Assembly: GCA_000218745.1 (NCBI GenBank)
Contig: GL947595.1
Location: forward strand, 1,385,487-1,449,486
Direction of reading: 5' to 3'
DNA: 64,000 bases
From: Prochlorococcus marinus bv. HNLC2
GTDB lineage: Bacteria; Cyanobacteriota; Cyanobacteriia; PCC-6307; Cyanobiaceae
Part shown: piece after piece, positions 35,902 through 54,132 of the stretch
Layout: the number at the start of each line of letters is the position of its first letter
How positions within the stretch are numbered: the first letter of the stretch is position 1
Notes under the pieces: generated by a model
What the model saw: the letters and a program-made list of their open reading frames with translations, nothing else
What the model was told of the DNA's origin: nothing
The model's database searches: none
Program-made: the position numbers and the translations under genes

Positions 35902-37209
35902 TTGATGACCGATCAAAACAGTGAACATTTTCTTAAAAATTGGCACCCAAATATTTGGCCTCCATTTACTCAGATTAAAACTAGTAATCCACAACTAGAG
36001 GTAAGTCATGCTAAAGATGCAATTATATATACAAAAAATTCTAATCAAGAATTAATTGATGGAATAAGTAGTTGGTGGGTAACACTTCATGGCCATAGCA
36101 ATGAATATATTGCAAAAGAAATTGCAAAACAAGCTCAAGAACTTGAACAAATAATCTTTGCAGATTTTTTACATCCACAAGCTAAAAAGTTATCAGAAAG
36201 ACTAAGTAAAATCACAAATCTAGATAGATTATTTTTTTCTGATAATGGATCTACAGCTGTAGAAGTAGCTCTTAAGATAGCTTATCAATGGTGGCAAAAT
36301 AAAAATGATAAAAGAAATCAAATAATTGCTTTTGAAGGAGCTTATCATGGGGATACATTTGGGGCTATGTCAGTAGGAGAAAGAAATATTTTTAATGAAA
36401 GCTTTGAAAGTTTAATGTTTCCTGTTCAAAGAGTCCAATGGCCATCTACTTGGATAGATGATGATCAAGTTTATAACAAAGAAGCAATTGCTCTCAAAGA
36501 ATTAGAAAATTTACTTCAAATTCCAACTGCTGCAGTTATCCTTGAACCACTAATTCAAGGTGCAGGTGGCATGAATATGGTAAGGCCAGAATTTATAAAA
36601 AAAGTTGCTAATTTGGTAAAACAATATGACTCGCTATTAATTGCTGATGAAGTATTAACTGGTTTTGGTAGAACAGGAAGCTTATTTGCATTCCAAAAGG
36701 CAGAAATTGATCCTGACTTAATTGCAATATCAAAAGGATTAACAGGAGGATTCTTACCTATGGGAGTAACATTAGCTAAAGAAGAAGTTTTTAAAAAATT
36801 TATTAGTAATTCCCCTTTAAAAACTTTTTGGCATGGTCATAGTTTTACGGCAAATCCCTTAGGCTGTGCTGCAGCTAATGCTAGCTTAGATCTTTTAGAA
36901 AATGAACCTGATAAATATTTAAAGTTTGAATGCAGGCACTTAGAACAAATCAATAAAATAAAAAAATTATCTCATGTAGAAAAAATAAGAATTTGCGGAA
37001 CAATTTCAGCTTTTGAATTGAAGGTAGAAAAAAATTCAGGTTATTTTAATGATATTGGTAAAAAAATTAAAGCTTTATCTATTGAGAAGGGTTTATTTAT
37101 TAGGCCTCTAGGAAATGTTATATATTTATTACCACCACTTTGCATTACTGAAAAACAGTTAGAAAGAAGTTATGACATAATTTATCAAATATTATTAGAT
37201 ATTAATTAA
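35902..37209 (+). CDS. bioA: Adenosylmethionine-8-amino-7-oxononanoate aminotransferase
   Basis: IWPPFTQ, DGISSWWVTLHGH, DNGSTAVEVALK, AYHGDTFG, ADEVLTGFGRTG, SKGLTGG, HGHSFTANP. Confidence 0.97.
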   Translation: MMTDQNSEHFLKNWHPNIWPPFTQIKTSNPQLEVSHAKDAIIYTKNSNQELIDGISSWWVTLHGHSNEYIAKEIAKQAQELEQIIFADFLHPQAKKLSERLSKITNLDRLFFSDNGSTAVEVALKIAYQWWQNKNDKRNQIIAFEGAYHGDTFGAMSVGERNIFNESFESLMFPVQRVQWPSTWIDDDQVYNKEAIALKELENLLQIPTAAVILEPLIQGAGGMNMVRPEFIKKVANLVKQYDSLLIADEVLTGFGRTGSLFAFQKAEIDPDLIAISKGLTGGFLPMGVTLAKEEVFKKFISNSPLKTFWHGHSFTANPLGCAAANASLDLLENEPDKYLKFECRHLEQINKIKKLSHVEKIRICGTISAFELKVEKNSGYFNDIGKKIKALSIEKGLFIRPLGNVIYLLPPLCITEKQLERSYDIIYQILLDIN

Positions 37210-37463
37210 GGACCCTGCAAAATTGCATTTTCAACATCCGCTCTATTTATACAATATGAAAACATTCTTTTAGTAATATGCCCTTCACAATTCCATATTA
37301 TAGATAAATCTTCCTGCTCAAAATTTATTGTTGCTTCCCAGTTATAAAGTCTCAAAATCCATCTTGAAGGGTTACTAGAATCTGGAACTGCCCCTAATTT
37401 TGTGAGCCACAACTCTAAAGATTTTAAAGAGTATTGATTAATAGGAGTTTCAGAAGAGTTCAT
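37206..37463 (-). CDS. DUF3143-family protein
   Basis: TPINQYSLKSLELWL...FSYCINRADVENAILQGP; follows the J-domain gene. Confidence 0.75.
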   Translation of the reverse strand: MNSSETPINQYSLKSLELWLTKLGAVPDSSNPSRWILRLYNWEATINFEQEDLSIIWNCEGHITKRMFSYCINRADVENAILQGP

Positions 37464-37482
37464 TTAATAAATAAATTATTTT

Positions 37483-37929
37483 TTATTTTATTAGCCACAT
37501 AGGTATTGAATTAAATTCTTTGCCAGTGAAGTTGGCAAATAATAAAGCAAAAATTAAGCTTAAAAAAATTACTAATACTAATAAAAATAATGAAAACATT
37601 TCTCCATTAGAGAAAGGTCTTCTATTCCCAATTGAGTTAGATATTTTTGAATCTTCGGCATAAGAATTTAAATTATCTAAATTTTTCTCCTGATCATTAA
37701 CAAGAACATTTTTTATTCTATTATCATATAAATTACGAAGGTTAGGGTTATTTAAATTTTCATAGGCCTCCAATACTGTTTGCAATCTTATTTTGGCATC
37801 TTCTAGATTTAATGAAGTAGTATCTGGATGTAATTCTTTAGTTAATTTGCAAAAAGCTTTTCTCAATTCATGACTTGAAGCTTTCTCATGAACGCCTAAA
37901 ATTTTATAATAATTTTTTTCCCCTTTCAA
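37483..37929 (-). CDS. Membrane-anchored DnaJ (J-domain) protein
   Basis: NYYKILGV, LHPD, AYENL...R..YD, RRPFSNGE and a C-terminal TM helix. Confidence 0.85.
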   Translation of the reverse strand: MKGEKNYYKILGVHEKASSHELRKAFCKLTKELHPDTTSLNLEDAKIRLQTVLEAYENLNNPNLRNLYDNRIKNVLVNDQEKNLDNLNSYAEDSKISNSIGNRRPFSNGEMFSLFLLVLVIFLSLIFALLFANFTGKEFNSIPMWLIK

Positions 37930-38017
37930 AATAAATTTTTTATTACAATTGTAATCTATTCTATATAAAGTGAATACACTATATGGTCACAAAAAATTTA
38001 AAATTTTAGTTAAAAAT

Positions 38018-38737
38018 ATGATTCAAATATCACATAAAAAAGAATTAGAAAACTTACTTAATAAAGATGAATTAGAAATGTTTTCAAGATTAAAAGAATT
38101 AATTCAAAAACTTAATAAAATATCAAACCTTACAAGACTTATAGATGGAAATGATTATTGGGTATCACAAGTTTATGATAGTATATGGCCTTTTTTTAAG
38201 GATTCAAATAAATTATTTGAAAATAAAAAATTTATTGATATTGGATCAGGTTGCGGTTTCCCTGGATTGGCTTATGCAATAACACATCCAAATTCAGAAA
38301 TATATTTAATAGATTCTTCATTAAAAAAAACAAATGCTCTTAAACAAATTGTTGAAAGTATGAATCTTAAAAACAAAATTCATATTGTTAATGATCGCAT
38401 TGAAAACATAGGCCATGATTTAGAATTTAGACATAAATTTGATATTGGCACTGCAAGGGCTGTAAGCAGCGCACCTACCGTTTCCGAATATCTTTTACCA
38501 TTATTAAAGACAAATGGATTAGGATTAATATTTTGTGGGAAATGGCAAGAAACCGATCATAATAAATTAAAAAAAGCAGTGACTATATTAAATGGAAAAA
38601 TAAATAAAATAAAGTTTAAACAATTACCAGCAAATAAAGGTGAAAGAAATGTAATTTTTATTAAATCTGAAGGAGATTGTCCAATTTCTTATCCAAGAGG
38701 AATTGGAAAACCAAGTAAATACCCATTAGGTAATTAA
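38018..38737 (+). CDS. rsmG: 16S rRNA (guanine527-N7)-methyltransferase
   Basis: NLTRL, IDIGSGCGFPG, LIDSSLKK, TARAVS, YPRGIGKPSKYPL. The ATG at 38018 is preferred over the GTG at 37970. Confidence 0.93.
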   Translation: MIQISHKKELENLLNKDELEMFSRLKELIQKLNKISNLTRLIDGNDYWVSQVYDSIWPFFKDSNKLFENKKFIDIGSGCGFPGLAYAITHPNSEIYLIDSSLKKTNALKQIVESMNLKNKIHIVNDRIENIGHDLEFRHKFDIGTARAVSSAPTVSEYLLPLLKTNGLGLIFCGKWQETDHNKLKKAVTILNGKINKIKFKQLPANKGERNVIFIKSEGDCPISYPRGIGKPSKYPLGN

Positions 38738-39933
38738 TTAGTTGATAATCTTTGAATCTGATTATTGCCAAAACTATTTTTAAGAAACCTTAATTTAGAA
38801 ATAACTTTTTTTGCGTTAATATGATTTTTTAATAATTTGATTAATTCATCTGCAGATATATCTGTATCAAGTGAATTCGCATTATTGCCAGGGAACCAAT
38901 GACTCCCGTTTCCAAGGAGTTGATATCTTGACTTTGCAAAATCTTTCATATCCCAAGCATCAATTAAATTTGAGAGCCAAATTAAAACAGGTATATTAAT
39001 CATCCCTGGAGTCTCATACCAATTTGGCAAATTTTTATCCCAATTCAAATACCATTCCATCCCAAGACATTCCATAGATTCTTGCAATAATCTATTTTCT
39101 ATATTAGGAACATAATCATTTGTATTTGATAATAAGGATACGGCTTCTAAATGATATTCAAAGTCACTTTCTTTTGCTATTCCAACACTTATTGTATGAA
39201 CATCTTTATTTCGAAGACAAAAAAGATCATTAAAAACTATGGGATGAAGAGGCTTACATAAATCAATTAGTTTTGTTGAGGGTGTATGAAGATGACCTCC
39301 TTTATCTGTTGGACTAATAATAAAAACACCAACATCATATTTTTTAGCTAAATTAATTGCCTTTATATTTTTTTGATTTATGAAATACCAATGTAAATTA
39401 ACATAATCAAATTTGTTGGATGATATTGCTTTTTTTATAAGAGATAATTGTCCATGAGTTGAGAAACCAATATGACCTATTAAACCTTTTTTTTGAAATT
39501 TTCTTAATACGTCTACGCAACCTCCATCTCTTATAGATTGAAATAGATGATCTTCATTATTTAAACCATGAATAGCGACCAAATCTATCTTTGCAACTTT
39601 TAAATTTTTAAAGCTATTTTCCAAATTTTCTGTAAAAATCTTTACGTTTTCATTAGGAGGGATTTTAGTTTGGAGAATAATAGATTCTCTGTAAGAATTA
39701 TTTATTGCAAAACCTAGTTCTAATTCTGATGTTCCGTAATGAAGTGCTGTTTCTATATGATTAAAACCATATTTATTTGCAAGTTTAAGAAGATTATCAA
39801 CTTTATTTCTTTGCTTAAGAGTTATTTCTGATGAATCTAAATGATTCCAACTCTGCTGGAATCTCATTCCCCCTAGCGAAAGAACTGGTATTTTTAGGTT
39901 TGTTCTCCCAAACCTTCTAAAAGGCAAACTCAT
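38734..39933 (-). CDS. Aldo/keto reductase family protein
   Basis: RRFGRT, LSLGGMRF, HIETALHYGTSE, LQTK, HIGFSTHG, RYQLLGNGSHWFPG. Confidence 0.88.
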   Translation of the reverse strand: MSLPFRRFGRTNLKIPVLSLGGMRFQQSWNHLDSSEITLKQRNKVDNLLKLANKYGFNHIETALHYGTSELELGFAINNSYRESIILQTKIPPNENVKIFTENLENSFKNLKVAKIDLVAIHGLNNEDHLFQSIRDGGCVDVLRKFQKKGLIGHIGFSTHGQLSLIKKAISSNKFDYVNLHWYFINQKNIKAINLAKKYDVGVFIISPTDKGGHLHTPSTKLIDLCKPLHPIVFNDLFCLRNKDVHTISVGIAKESDFEYHLEAVSLLSNTNDYVPNIENRLLQESMECLGMEWYLNWDKNLPNWYETPGMINIPVLIWLSNLIDAWDMKDFAKSRYQLLGNGSHWFPGNNANSLDTDISADELIKLLKNHINAKKVISKLRFLKNSFGNNQIQRLSTN

Positions 39934-39950
39934 TTATTTAATAACACAAA

Positions 39951-40448
39951 TTAATATCTATTAACCCTAGGTAATTTGCCTAAAGATTGAAACATATCTC
40001 TATTCAAACTTGCATCTAATCTCTCTAAATCTTCAAATTCAACCCAGTGCATACAATCAACTGGGCATGTATCCATTGCCTCTTGGACTGTTTCTAAGGT
40101 GTCTCCATTCTGCCTAATAACTCTTGCTCTACCAAGATCTTCATCAACGACAAACGTATTATTAGCAACATGTACGCAATATTGACAACCAATACAATTT
40201 GATTCATCGACCCAAATAGCTTTTTCTCTTAGCTCACCGCCAAGTACAGGCTCAAACCCAGAGATTCTATCGGAATCTAAAAACTGGTCAAAAGCTACTG
40301 TTGAATTGGACTCATTATCTTTTGATAGTTCTTTTTTGGGATTATCTGATAAATCTAAATTTATAGAATGTTTTAAAACATTAGTATCTAAAGAAACCTC
40401 TTCAGTTTCACCTATAAATCCAAAAGCAGCAGAAGGATCAAAATCCAA
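39951..40448 (-). CDS. Monocluster 4Fe-4S/3Fe-4S ferredoxin (Fed7-like)
   Basis: VDESNCIGCQYCVHVA...GRARV...AMDTCPVDCMHW; acidic N-terminal extension. Confidence 0.88.
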   Translation of the reverse strand: MDFDPSAAFGFIGETEEVSLDTNVLKHSINLDLSDNPKKELSKDNESNSTVAFDQFLDSDRISGFEPVLGGELREKAIWVDESNCIGCQYCVHVANNTFVVDEDLGRARVIRQNGDTLETVQEAMDTCPVDCMHWVEFEDLERLDASLNRDMFQSLGKLPRVNRY

Positions 40449-40451
40449 TTT

Positions 40452-40844
40452 TTAAGCTTCCCATTTAGTAAGAACTAATTCTATAGAACCATCTCTTTCA
40501 TTCTTTTGTTCAACTATTTGATAACCGTCCTGTTCTGTTTTTGCAATTATTGTATGGTAAGCATACATTTGTGTTACTTTCGAAATAAATCTTTCTACCG
40601 GTAAGTTATATTTCCATAGATCTAAATCAGTAACTAACTCATATGAATTGGAATTGGTATCCCACTTAAAACCAACTTTAGTACTCTCAGGAAGATCAAC
40701 ACTAATATCTACAGCAGTGAATTTGCCTTGATAACCTTTTACAAACTTTTCATCTTGATTAGGGTTATAACCTAATTGATCTAAAGCTTTTATAAGAGGC
40801 TCAGTTTCTCTAATTTTTGTTTTAATAGTACTAAAATGAGACAT
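40452..40844 (-). CDS. ycf35: Ycf35/DUF1257-family protein
   Basis: MSHFSTIKT, GFKWD...YELVTDLDLW, QMYAYH, DGSIELVLTKW. Confidence 0.85.
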   Translation of the reverse strand: MSHFSTIKTKIRETEPLIKALDQLGYNPNQDEKFVKGYQGKFTAVDISVDLPESTKVGFKWDTNSNSYELVTDLDLWKYNLPVERFISKVTQMYAYHTIIAKTEQDGYQIVEQKNERDGSIELVLTKWEA

Positions 40845-41046
40845 TTGATTCGTTCTTTAATTTGTTGAATGTTTTGTTTTGATTACTAGTAAATGCATCT
40901 GTAGATAATCTTTTAGATTTAACTTCTCCCAATGCTTCTTCTAGATTCTTTGTAGCATTGTTGCATGAATCACCTTCGAAACCTTCTACAGATTCCTGGA
41001 CTTGTCCATCTTGATGAATTTTGAATCTTAATGTTCTTTGCGGCAT
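40831..41046 (-). CDS. DUF2997-family protein
   Basis: TLRFKIHQDGQVQESVEGFEGDSCNNAT..LEEALG; overlaps ycf35. Confidence 0.82.
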   Translation of the reverse strand: MPQRTLRFKIHQDGQVQESVEGFEGDSCNNATKNLEEALGEVKSKRLSTDAFTSNQNKTFNKLKNESNVSF

Positions 41047-41163
41047 TAATTTAAGACACTAAGTACTTATACTTTATATAAAATAACTAAAATTTCTGAA
41101 TAAAGTTGATAACGTAACTTTGTTTTCATTATTGGATATAAAATATTTCATTATTTAAATATT

Positions 41164-41937
41164 TTATTTATAAAATCCCTTCATTCCCATTGAATCGAGA
41201 GCGGTTTTTGCTTCCTCCATAACAGATGGTTCCTTATCAAATAAAGCAATTTTTGTACATTCATCTACAAAAGATTCCTGTAATTGGTTACTTAAGCTTT
41301 GATAAAGCCGACATAATGACCAGATACAATTACTCCTTACAACTGGTTCATTATCTATTTTTAAGCTTATTAATAATTGTTCAGCCGCCAATTGCGCATT
41401 ATCAGATGAAACGCTTCCTATTTCAGCCAGAGAACTTGATGCCCACAATCGCACTGATGATACATCATTCTTTAAAGCGTTGATAAGAGGTTCTAATACT
41501 ATTTGATTATCATAATTTGCTAAGCTCCATGCAGTAGCTCTTCTAACATAAGCATTATCATCAAATTTCAGAAGATTCACAAGTTTTTTTACTGCATCAG
41601 GGCATGGATTCCTGCCCAAGGCATATACTGCGCTCATTCTCTCTACAGGGCAGGATTGGTCTAGCAATGGCAAGAGCAAGGGAAAAGCTCTCTCATCTCG
41701 ATATTCACAAAATATTTTTAATCCTTGAATCCTCTCTTCTCTATTTCCTTTTAAAAATTTTAGTGCTTGATCGCATTCTGAAGTTACATCTAAACTAGTT
41801 TTAGAAAACCCATCATTATCAATTTCTTCTAAAGGATCTATCTCTAACTCAACGGCTAATTCTTTAGCTAAAACATCAGGATCTATCGCTATATCAGCTA
41901 AACTATCATCATTATTTTCCTTTTTAAAATTAACCAT
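41164..41937 (-). CDS. HEAT/PBS-lyase-like repeat protein
   Basis: Repeated helices VERMSAVYALG, YVRRATAWSLA, SVRLWASSSLA, VVRSNCIWSL; acidic N-terminus. Confidence 0.85.
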   Translation of the reverse strand: MVNFKKENNDDSLADIAIDPDVLAKELAVELEIDPLEEIDNDGFSKTSLDVTSECDQALKFLKGNREERIQGLKIFCEYRDERAFPLLLPLLDQSCPVERMSAVYALGRNPCPDAVKKLVNLLKFDDNAYVRRATAWSLANYDNQIVLEPLINALKNDVSSVRLWASSSLAEIGSVSSDNAQLAAEQLLISLKIDNEPVVRSNCIWSLCRLYQSLSNQLQESFVDECTKIALFDKEPSVMEEAKTALDSMGMKGFYK

Positions 41938-41950
41938 CGAGGATAAAATC

Positions 41951-42076
41951 TTAATTAATGGGGGCTGGAGACATCATATCTCCAGGCAACCAAATTCTTG
42001 CACTAACTGCAAAAAAAGCAACTCCAAAAAGTCCAACAATGGCTATTGGTAGAATTTTTGTTCTAATAAAACTCAC
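41951..42076 (-). CDS. Small membrane hypothetical protein (41 aa; not in the ORF track)
   Basis: GTG-start ORF MSFIRTKILPIAIVGLFGVAFFAVSARIWLPGDMMSPAPIN with one TM helix; co-oriented, 13 bp before the HEAT gene. Confidence 0.7.
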   Translation of the reverse strand: MSFIRTKILPIAIVGLFGVAFFAVSARIWLPGDMMSPAPIN

Positions 42077-42146
42077 TTGGTTACTTTCAAATTAAATTTA
42101 TATTAGCTCTAAAATTAAGTTTTTAAAATATTTATTTTAAATAAAA

Positions 42147-43402
<1,256 letters not shown>

Positions 43403-43405
43403 TTA

Positions 43406-47511
<4,106 letters not shown>

Positions 47512-47535
47512 TTATGATAAAGGTGTTTTTTTTAA

Positions 47536-49455
<1,920 letters not shown>

Positions 49456-49475
49456 TTAAAAATTATTGAAAAAGT

Positions 49476-52400
49476 TTAATCCTCCTCATATTCGGAAGTT
49501 CCCAATGATTCATAGGTTGGCCTTGAAGGAGTATTTCTCCTTGCATTAACATCTTGCATCAAATCAACCTCTTTACCTTCATCTGTATATACAGCTATAT
49601 CTAAGCCTAGTGATTGTAATTCTCTCATTAAAACTTTAAAAGACTCAGGTGTGCCAGGACGAGGAATAGGTTTACCCTTAACTATTGCATTTAGAGCTTC
49701 ATTTCTACCTTGCATATCATCTGATTTAACAGTTAATAGTTCCTGGAGTGTATAAGCAGCTCCATAAGCTTCTAATGCCCAGACTTCCATCTCGCCTAAA
49801 CGTTGACCTCCTTGTTGAGCTTTACCTCCAAGAGGCTGCTGAGTAACCAATGAATATGGCCCCGTAGACCTTGCATGAATTTTATCATCAACAAGATGAA
49901 CTAATTTAAGAAAATGAGAATATCCAACAGCAACTGGTTGATCAAAGGGTTCTCCTGAACGACCATCTATCAGTAAAAGTTTTCCAGGATCATCGGGGTT
50001 ATAAACCCAATCCTTACCAGCTTGACGAGCAGCCTCTTCTAGAAAAGCTTGTACAGTTTGATGAGATTTCTCAGGGCCATACATTTCATCAAAAGGTACT
50101 ACTTTCACTCTACAATTAAGATTTGAAGCAGCCCAACCCATTAGCAACTCAAATACTTGTCCAACATTCATTCTGCTAGGAACTCCTAAGGGATTCAACA
50201 CAATATCAACAGGTGTGCCGTCTGGTAAGTAAGGCATATCCTCTCTTGGTAAAATCCTGCTAATAATTCCTTTATTACCATGCCTACCAGCCATTTTGTC
50301 GCCAACTTGAATTTTTCTTCTCTGTGCTACATAAACTCTTACAACCATATTTGCTCCAGGAGGTAATTCATCTCCTTGTTCTCTGGTATAAATTCTGACA
50401 TCAACAACTCTTCCCTTCTCAGTATTAGGAACCCTTAATGAATTATCCCTTACATCTCTTGCTTTCTCACCAAAAATAGCTCGTAGGAGTTTCTCTTCAG
50501 GAGGTTGATCTGATTCACCTTTTGGAGTTACTTTTCCAACTAAAATATCTCCACTTTCTACAAAAGCACCAATTCTTATAATTCCCATTTCATCAAGATT
50601 ACTCAAACTATCTTCAGATACATTTGGTATTTCTCGTGTAATCTCTTCTGGACCTAACTTAGTTTGCCTTGCTTCAATCTCATACTTTTCTATATGAACT
50701 GAAGTGTAAAGATCATCAGTAACTAATCTTTCACTTACTAAAATTGCATCTTCATAGTTATATCCCTCCCAAGGCATATAAGCGATAAGAACATTTTGGC
50801 CTAGGGCAATTTCACCTCCTTCACATGCTGAACCATCAGCTAGAACTTGACCAGAAATAACTTTATCTCCATTTTTAACTATTGGCCTTTGATTAAGGCA
50901 AGTATCCTGATTAGATCTTTGATACTTTTGCAAATAATGGACATGCTCATTTCCTTGTTCGTCTTTAACAACAATTTCATTAGCATCAACATATGCTACT
51001 GTGCCATTGACTTTTGTGATTGGAACCATCCCAGAATCTCGTGCTACTTGAGATTCAAGGCCAGTTCCAACCAATGGCCTTTCAGGCCTTAATAGTGGAA
51101 CGGCTTGTCTTTGCATATTTGATCCCATTAGAGCTCTGTTTGCATCGTCATGCTCCAAGAATGGAATTAATGAAGTTGCTACAGAAATTACTTGAACAGG
51201 TGAGAGTTGTACATAATCAACTTGCAAAGGTGGAACCTTTTCAAAATCTTGCCTATATCTTACTGGTATTAAATCAGAGAGGATTAAACCATCATTATCA
51301 GTTGCTACATCTCCAGGAGCCACCCTACATTCATCTTCAAGGTCTGCTGATAAATAAATCGGATCACCAGTTTTAATTACTCTTCCTTTGTCAACTTTCC
51401 AAAAAGGTGTCTCAATAAATCCGTATTCGTTGACTCTTGCATGAGTAGCTAAAGAGTTGATTAGTCCTGCGTTGGGACCTTCTGGAGTCTCAATAGGACA
51501 CAATCTACCGTAGTGAGAAGGATGAATATCTCTAACTGCAAATCCTGCCCTCTCTCTTGTAAGACCACCAGGTCCTAAAGCGGATATTCTTCTTTTATGT
51601 GTCAATTCGGCAAGTGGATTAGTTTGATCCATGAACTGACTTAACTGACTTGAACCAAAAAACTCTTTAATCGCAGCTACTAATGGTTTTGGGTTTACTA
51701 ATTGAGCAGGAGTAAGTGAATCTGTCTCCCCTACAGTCATCCTCTCTTTAATGATTCTTTCCAATCTATTAAGGCCAACTCTGACTTGATTTTGAAGTAA
51801 TTCACCAACAGACCTAACTCTCCTATTTCCTAGATGATCAATATCATCTAGGCTTGCTCCTCCGATATCTAACTCTAAATTAATGAGATAATCAATCGTT
51901 GAAAGAACATCTTCATGAGTAAGTGTTCTTATATTATCTGGGACTGTGAGTCTCAATTTCTTATTAATTTTATATCTCCCAACCCTTCCAAGATCATATC
52001 TTTTTGCATCAAAAAATCTACTATGAAGGAGTTGCTGTCCTCCTGAAACTGAAGGTGGTTCTCCAGGTCTTAATTTTTTATAGAGTTCAAGTAAAGCTTG
52101 GTCCTCTGATGTAATACCCTCTTCATTTGCTGAGTCAATAGAGTTTTTATAAAATTCTGGGTGGCGTAATTTATCAATAACGTCATTATCTGATAGACCC
52201 ATTGCTCTCATAAGAACATGAGCATTAATTTTTCTTGTTTTGTCTACTCTTACATAAAGTAAATTATTCTTATCTGTTTCAAATTTAAGCCAAGCTCCTC
52301 TGTTAGGAATAACACTTGCATTATAGGTTCTTCTTCCATTCTTATCTTGCTCGTCCTTGAAGTAAACACCAGGACTTCTAACAATTTGATTAACAATAAC

Positions 52401-52769
52401 TCTTTCAGCACCATTGATAATGAATGTTCCCCTCTCAGTCATCAAGGGGAGTTCTCCAATAAATACTTCTTGCTCTTTAATTTCACCAGTTTCTTTATTA
52501 ATTAATCTGCAAGTTACGTACATCTGAGAAGCAAAAGTCGCATCTCTCCTTTTTGCCTCTTCTACATCATGCCTTGGGCGTTTTAACCTATATTCTTCGC
52601 CTATAAAATGCAACTCAAGTTTGCCAGTATAATCTGTGATTGGAGAAAAATTTTGCAGTTCTTCAATAAGACCTTTTTCCAAAAACCATTTAAAACTTGC
52701 TCTTTGTACCTCTACTAAATCTGGTAAATAGGTAGCTGTCTTAGCTACCTGTAAAGCGCTACTGCTCAT
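49476..52769 (-). CDS. rpoB: RNA polymerase beta subunit
   Basis: [33 protein letters not shown]. Confidence 0.99.
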   Translation of the reverse strand: MSSSALQVAKTATYLPDLVEVQRASFKWFLEKGLIEELQNFSPITDYTGKLELHFIGEEYRLKRPRHDVEEAKRRDATFASQMYVTCRLINKETGEIKEQEVFIGELPLMTERGTFIINGAERVIVNQIVRSPGVYFKDEQDKNGRRTYNASVIPNRGAWLKFETDKNNLLYVRVDKTRKINAHVLMRAMGLSDNDVIDKLRHPEFYKNSIDSANEEGITSEDQALLELYKKLRPGEPPSVSGGQQLLHSRFFDAKRYDLGRVGRYKINKKLRLTVPDNIRTLTHEDVLSTIDYLINLELDIGGASLDDIDHLGNRRVRSVGELLQNQVRVGLNRLERIIKERMTVGETDSLTPAQLVNPKPLVAAIKEFFGSSQLSQFMDQTNPLAELTHKRRISALGPGGLTRERAGFAVRDIHPSHYGRLCPIETPEGPNAGLINSLATHARVNEYGFIETPFWKVDKGRVIKTGDPIYLSADLEDECRVAPGDVATDNDGLILSDLIPVRYRQDFEKVPPLQVDYVQLSPVQVISVATSLIPFLEHDDANRALMGSNMQRQAVPLLRPERPLVGTGLESQVARDSGMVPITKVNGTVAYVDANEIVVKDEQGNEHVHYLQKYQRSNQDTCLNQRPIVKNGDKVISGQVLADGSACEGGEIALGQNVLIAYMPWEGYNYEDAILVSERLVTDDLYTSVHIEKYEIEARQTKLGPEEITREIPNVSEDSLSNLDEMGIIRIGAFVESGDILVGKVTPKGESDQPPEEKLLRAIFGEKARDVRDNSLRVPNTEKGRVVDVRIYTREQGDELPPGANMVVRVYVAQRRKIQVGDKMAGRHGNKGIISRILPREDMPYLPDGTPVDIVLNPLGVPSRMNVGQVFELLMGWAASNLNCRVKVVPFDEMYGPEKSHQTVQAFLEEAARQAGKDWVYNPDDPGKLLLIDGRSGEPFDQPVAVGYSHFLKLVHLVDDKIHARSTGPYSLVTQQPLGGKAQQGGQRLGEMEVWALEAYGAAYTLQELLTVKSDDMQGRNEALNAIVKGKPIPRPGTPESFKVLMRELQSLGLDIAVYTDEGKEVDLMQDVNARRNTPSRPTYESLGTSEYEED

Positions 52770-52828
52770 CCAAGAAATCCGGGTTTTTTTAAGATTTTAC
52801 CTTTTAATTTTCCTAAATTCTTTTAAAA

Positions 52829-52861
52829 AACATATTTAAAAACTTAAGTTTTAAATATGTT
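52829..52861. repeat. 33-bp near-perfect palindrome between tatD and rpoB
   Basis: AACATATTT-AAAAA-CTTAAG-TTTT-AAATATGTT; the only asymmetry is A5 versus T4. Confidence 0.85.
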
Positions 52862-52917
52862 CATTTAATGAATTTAAGAAAATTTGCCAGTAATTTTTTA
52901 TACTAGCAGATAATTGG

Positions 52918-53712
52918 TCACTTTACCAAGTCAAATTTAAACAATTCTTCAGCATTCTTTGATGATTCGTTAGCAATTGTTTTAAAACTAGTTGATCTTA
53001 TAGTTGCTACTGACTTGGCGACATTTTCAACATAAGAGGGTTCATTTCTTTTACCTCTAAATGGGACAGGGGCTAAAAAGGGAGAATCAGTTTCTATTAA
53101 ATATTTGTTATTTGGAACTAATCTTGCACATTCATGAGTTTGATAGGCTTTGGGAAACGTTACTATACCGCTAAAACTTATATAAAAACCCAACTGTAAA
53201 AACTCTTGCATCTCTTCTACAGTTCCGCTCCAACAATGCAGTACCCCCCTCGGGCACTTCTTGTTTTTAGAAAGATCTCTGCATAAATCAATCATCTCTC
53301 TTGAAGCATCTCTGCAGTGTATTATGACTGGCAAATTAGACTCATAAGCTAATTCCATCTGTGGAATTAAAGCATTCATTTGTATATCAAGATCTTTATT
53401 TTTAAATAAATCGAGACCTAATTCTCCTATTGCTACAATCCTTTTATCATCATCTATTGCTTTTTGCAAAATTGATCTAGAAGAGCTATTCCATTTTTTA
53501 GCATCAAGAGGATGCAGTCCTACTGAATAAAAAACTTCTGAATAATTATTAGATATAAATTTAATTTTTGGAATTTCTGAAAGGTCAACACAAGCATGAA
53601 GAAGTTTTTTAACCCCTTTTGATCTCCATCTATCAACTACTTCATCAAAATCTTTTTCAAAATTTTCAAATATGAGATGACAATGGGAATCTACTAACTC
53701 TGTATCACTCAT
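52918..53712 (-). CDS. tatD: TatD-family nuclease
   Basis: VDSHCH, SVGLHP, AIGELGLD, IIHCRDA, GVLHCW, LIETDSPFLAP..RGKRNEP. Confidence 0.95.
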   Translation of the reverse strand: MSDTELVDSHCHLIFENFEKDFDEVVDRWRSKGVKKLLHACVDLSEIPKIKFISNNYSEVFYSVGLHPLDAKKWNSSSRSILQKAIDDDKRIVAIGELGLDLFKNKDLDIQMNALIPQMELAYESNLPVIIHCRDASREMIDLCRDLSKNKKCPRGVLHCWSGTVEEMQEFLQLGFYISFSGIVTFPKAYQTHECARLVPNNKYLIETDSPFLAPVPFRGKRNEPSYVENVAKSVATIRSTSFKTIANESSKNAEELFKFDLVK

Positions 53713-53727
53713 TTTATAAAGCTAGAT

Positions 53728-54018
53728 TTAATCTTTTAAGGTAATTTTTACCAAATTATTAATTCTAGATTTTTTATTTGCACCATTGTTTTTATGAAGA
53801 ACATTTTTTTTAACAGCTTTGTCAATAAGACTATAAGCTTGATTTAGAGATTCCTTTACTAATTTTTCATTATCAGTATTTGGATCCTTCTTATAATTTT
53901 CGCAACTGATAATAGTTTTTTTAATCAAAGTTTTAACAGTAGATTTATAAGTTCTATTGGATTGACGGTTTCTTTCTGCAACAAGAATCCTTTTTTTTGC
54001 TGATTTGGTATTTGCCAC
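53728..54018 (-). CDS. rpsT: 30S ribosomal protein S20
   Basis: MANTKSAKKRI, IDKAVKKNVLHKN; GTG start. Confidence 0.97.
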   Translation of the reverse strand: MANTKSAKKRILVAERNRQSNRTYKSTVKTLIKKTIISCENYKKDPNTDNEKLVKESLNQAYSLIDKAVKKNVLHKNNGANKKSRINNLVKITLKD

Positions 54019-54132
54019 TTTTAATAGCTATGTTTATATTTTGCTACTATAACAAAAGATTAGTCTTGCAATCAATCATATTTTATTAATTTTCTCTAAC
54101 CAATTACCCATCTAATATTTATAATTAAATTT

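Noticed and set aside
32647-37209. Absence of bioB from the bio cluster as evidence of an incomplete pathway
   Set aside because: bioB is commonly encoded apart from bioFCDA in cyanobacteria; its absence from one window is uninformative.
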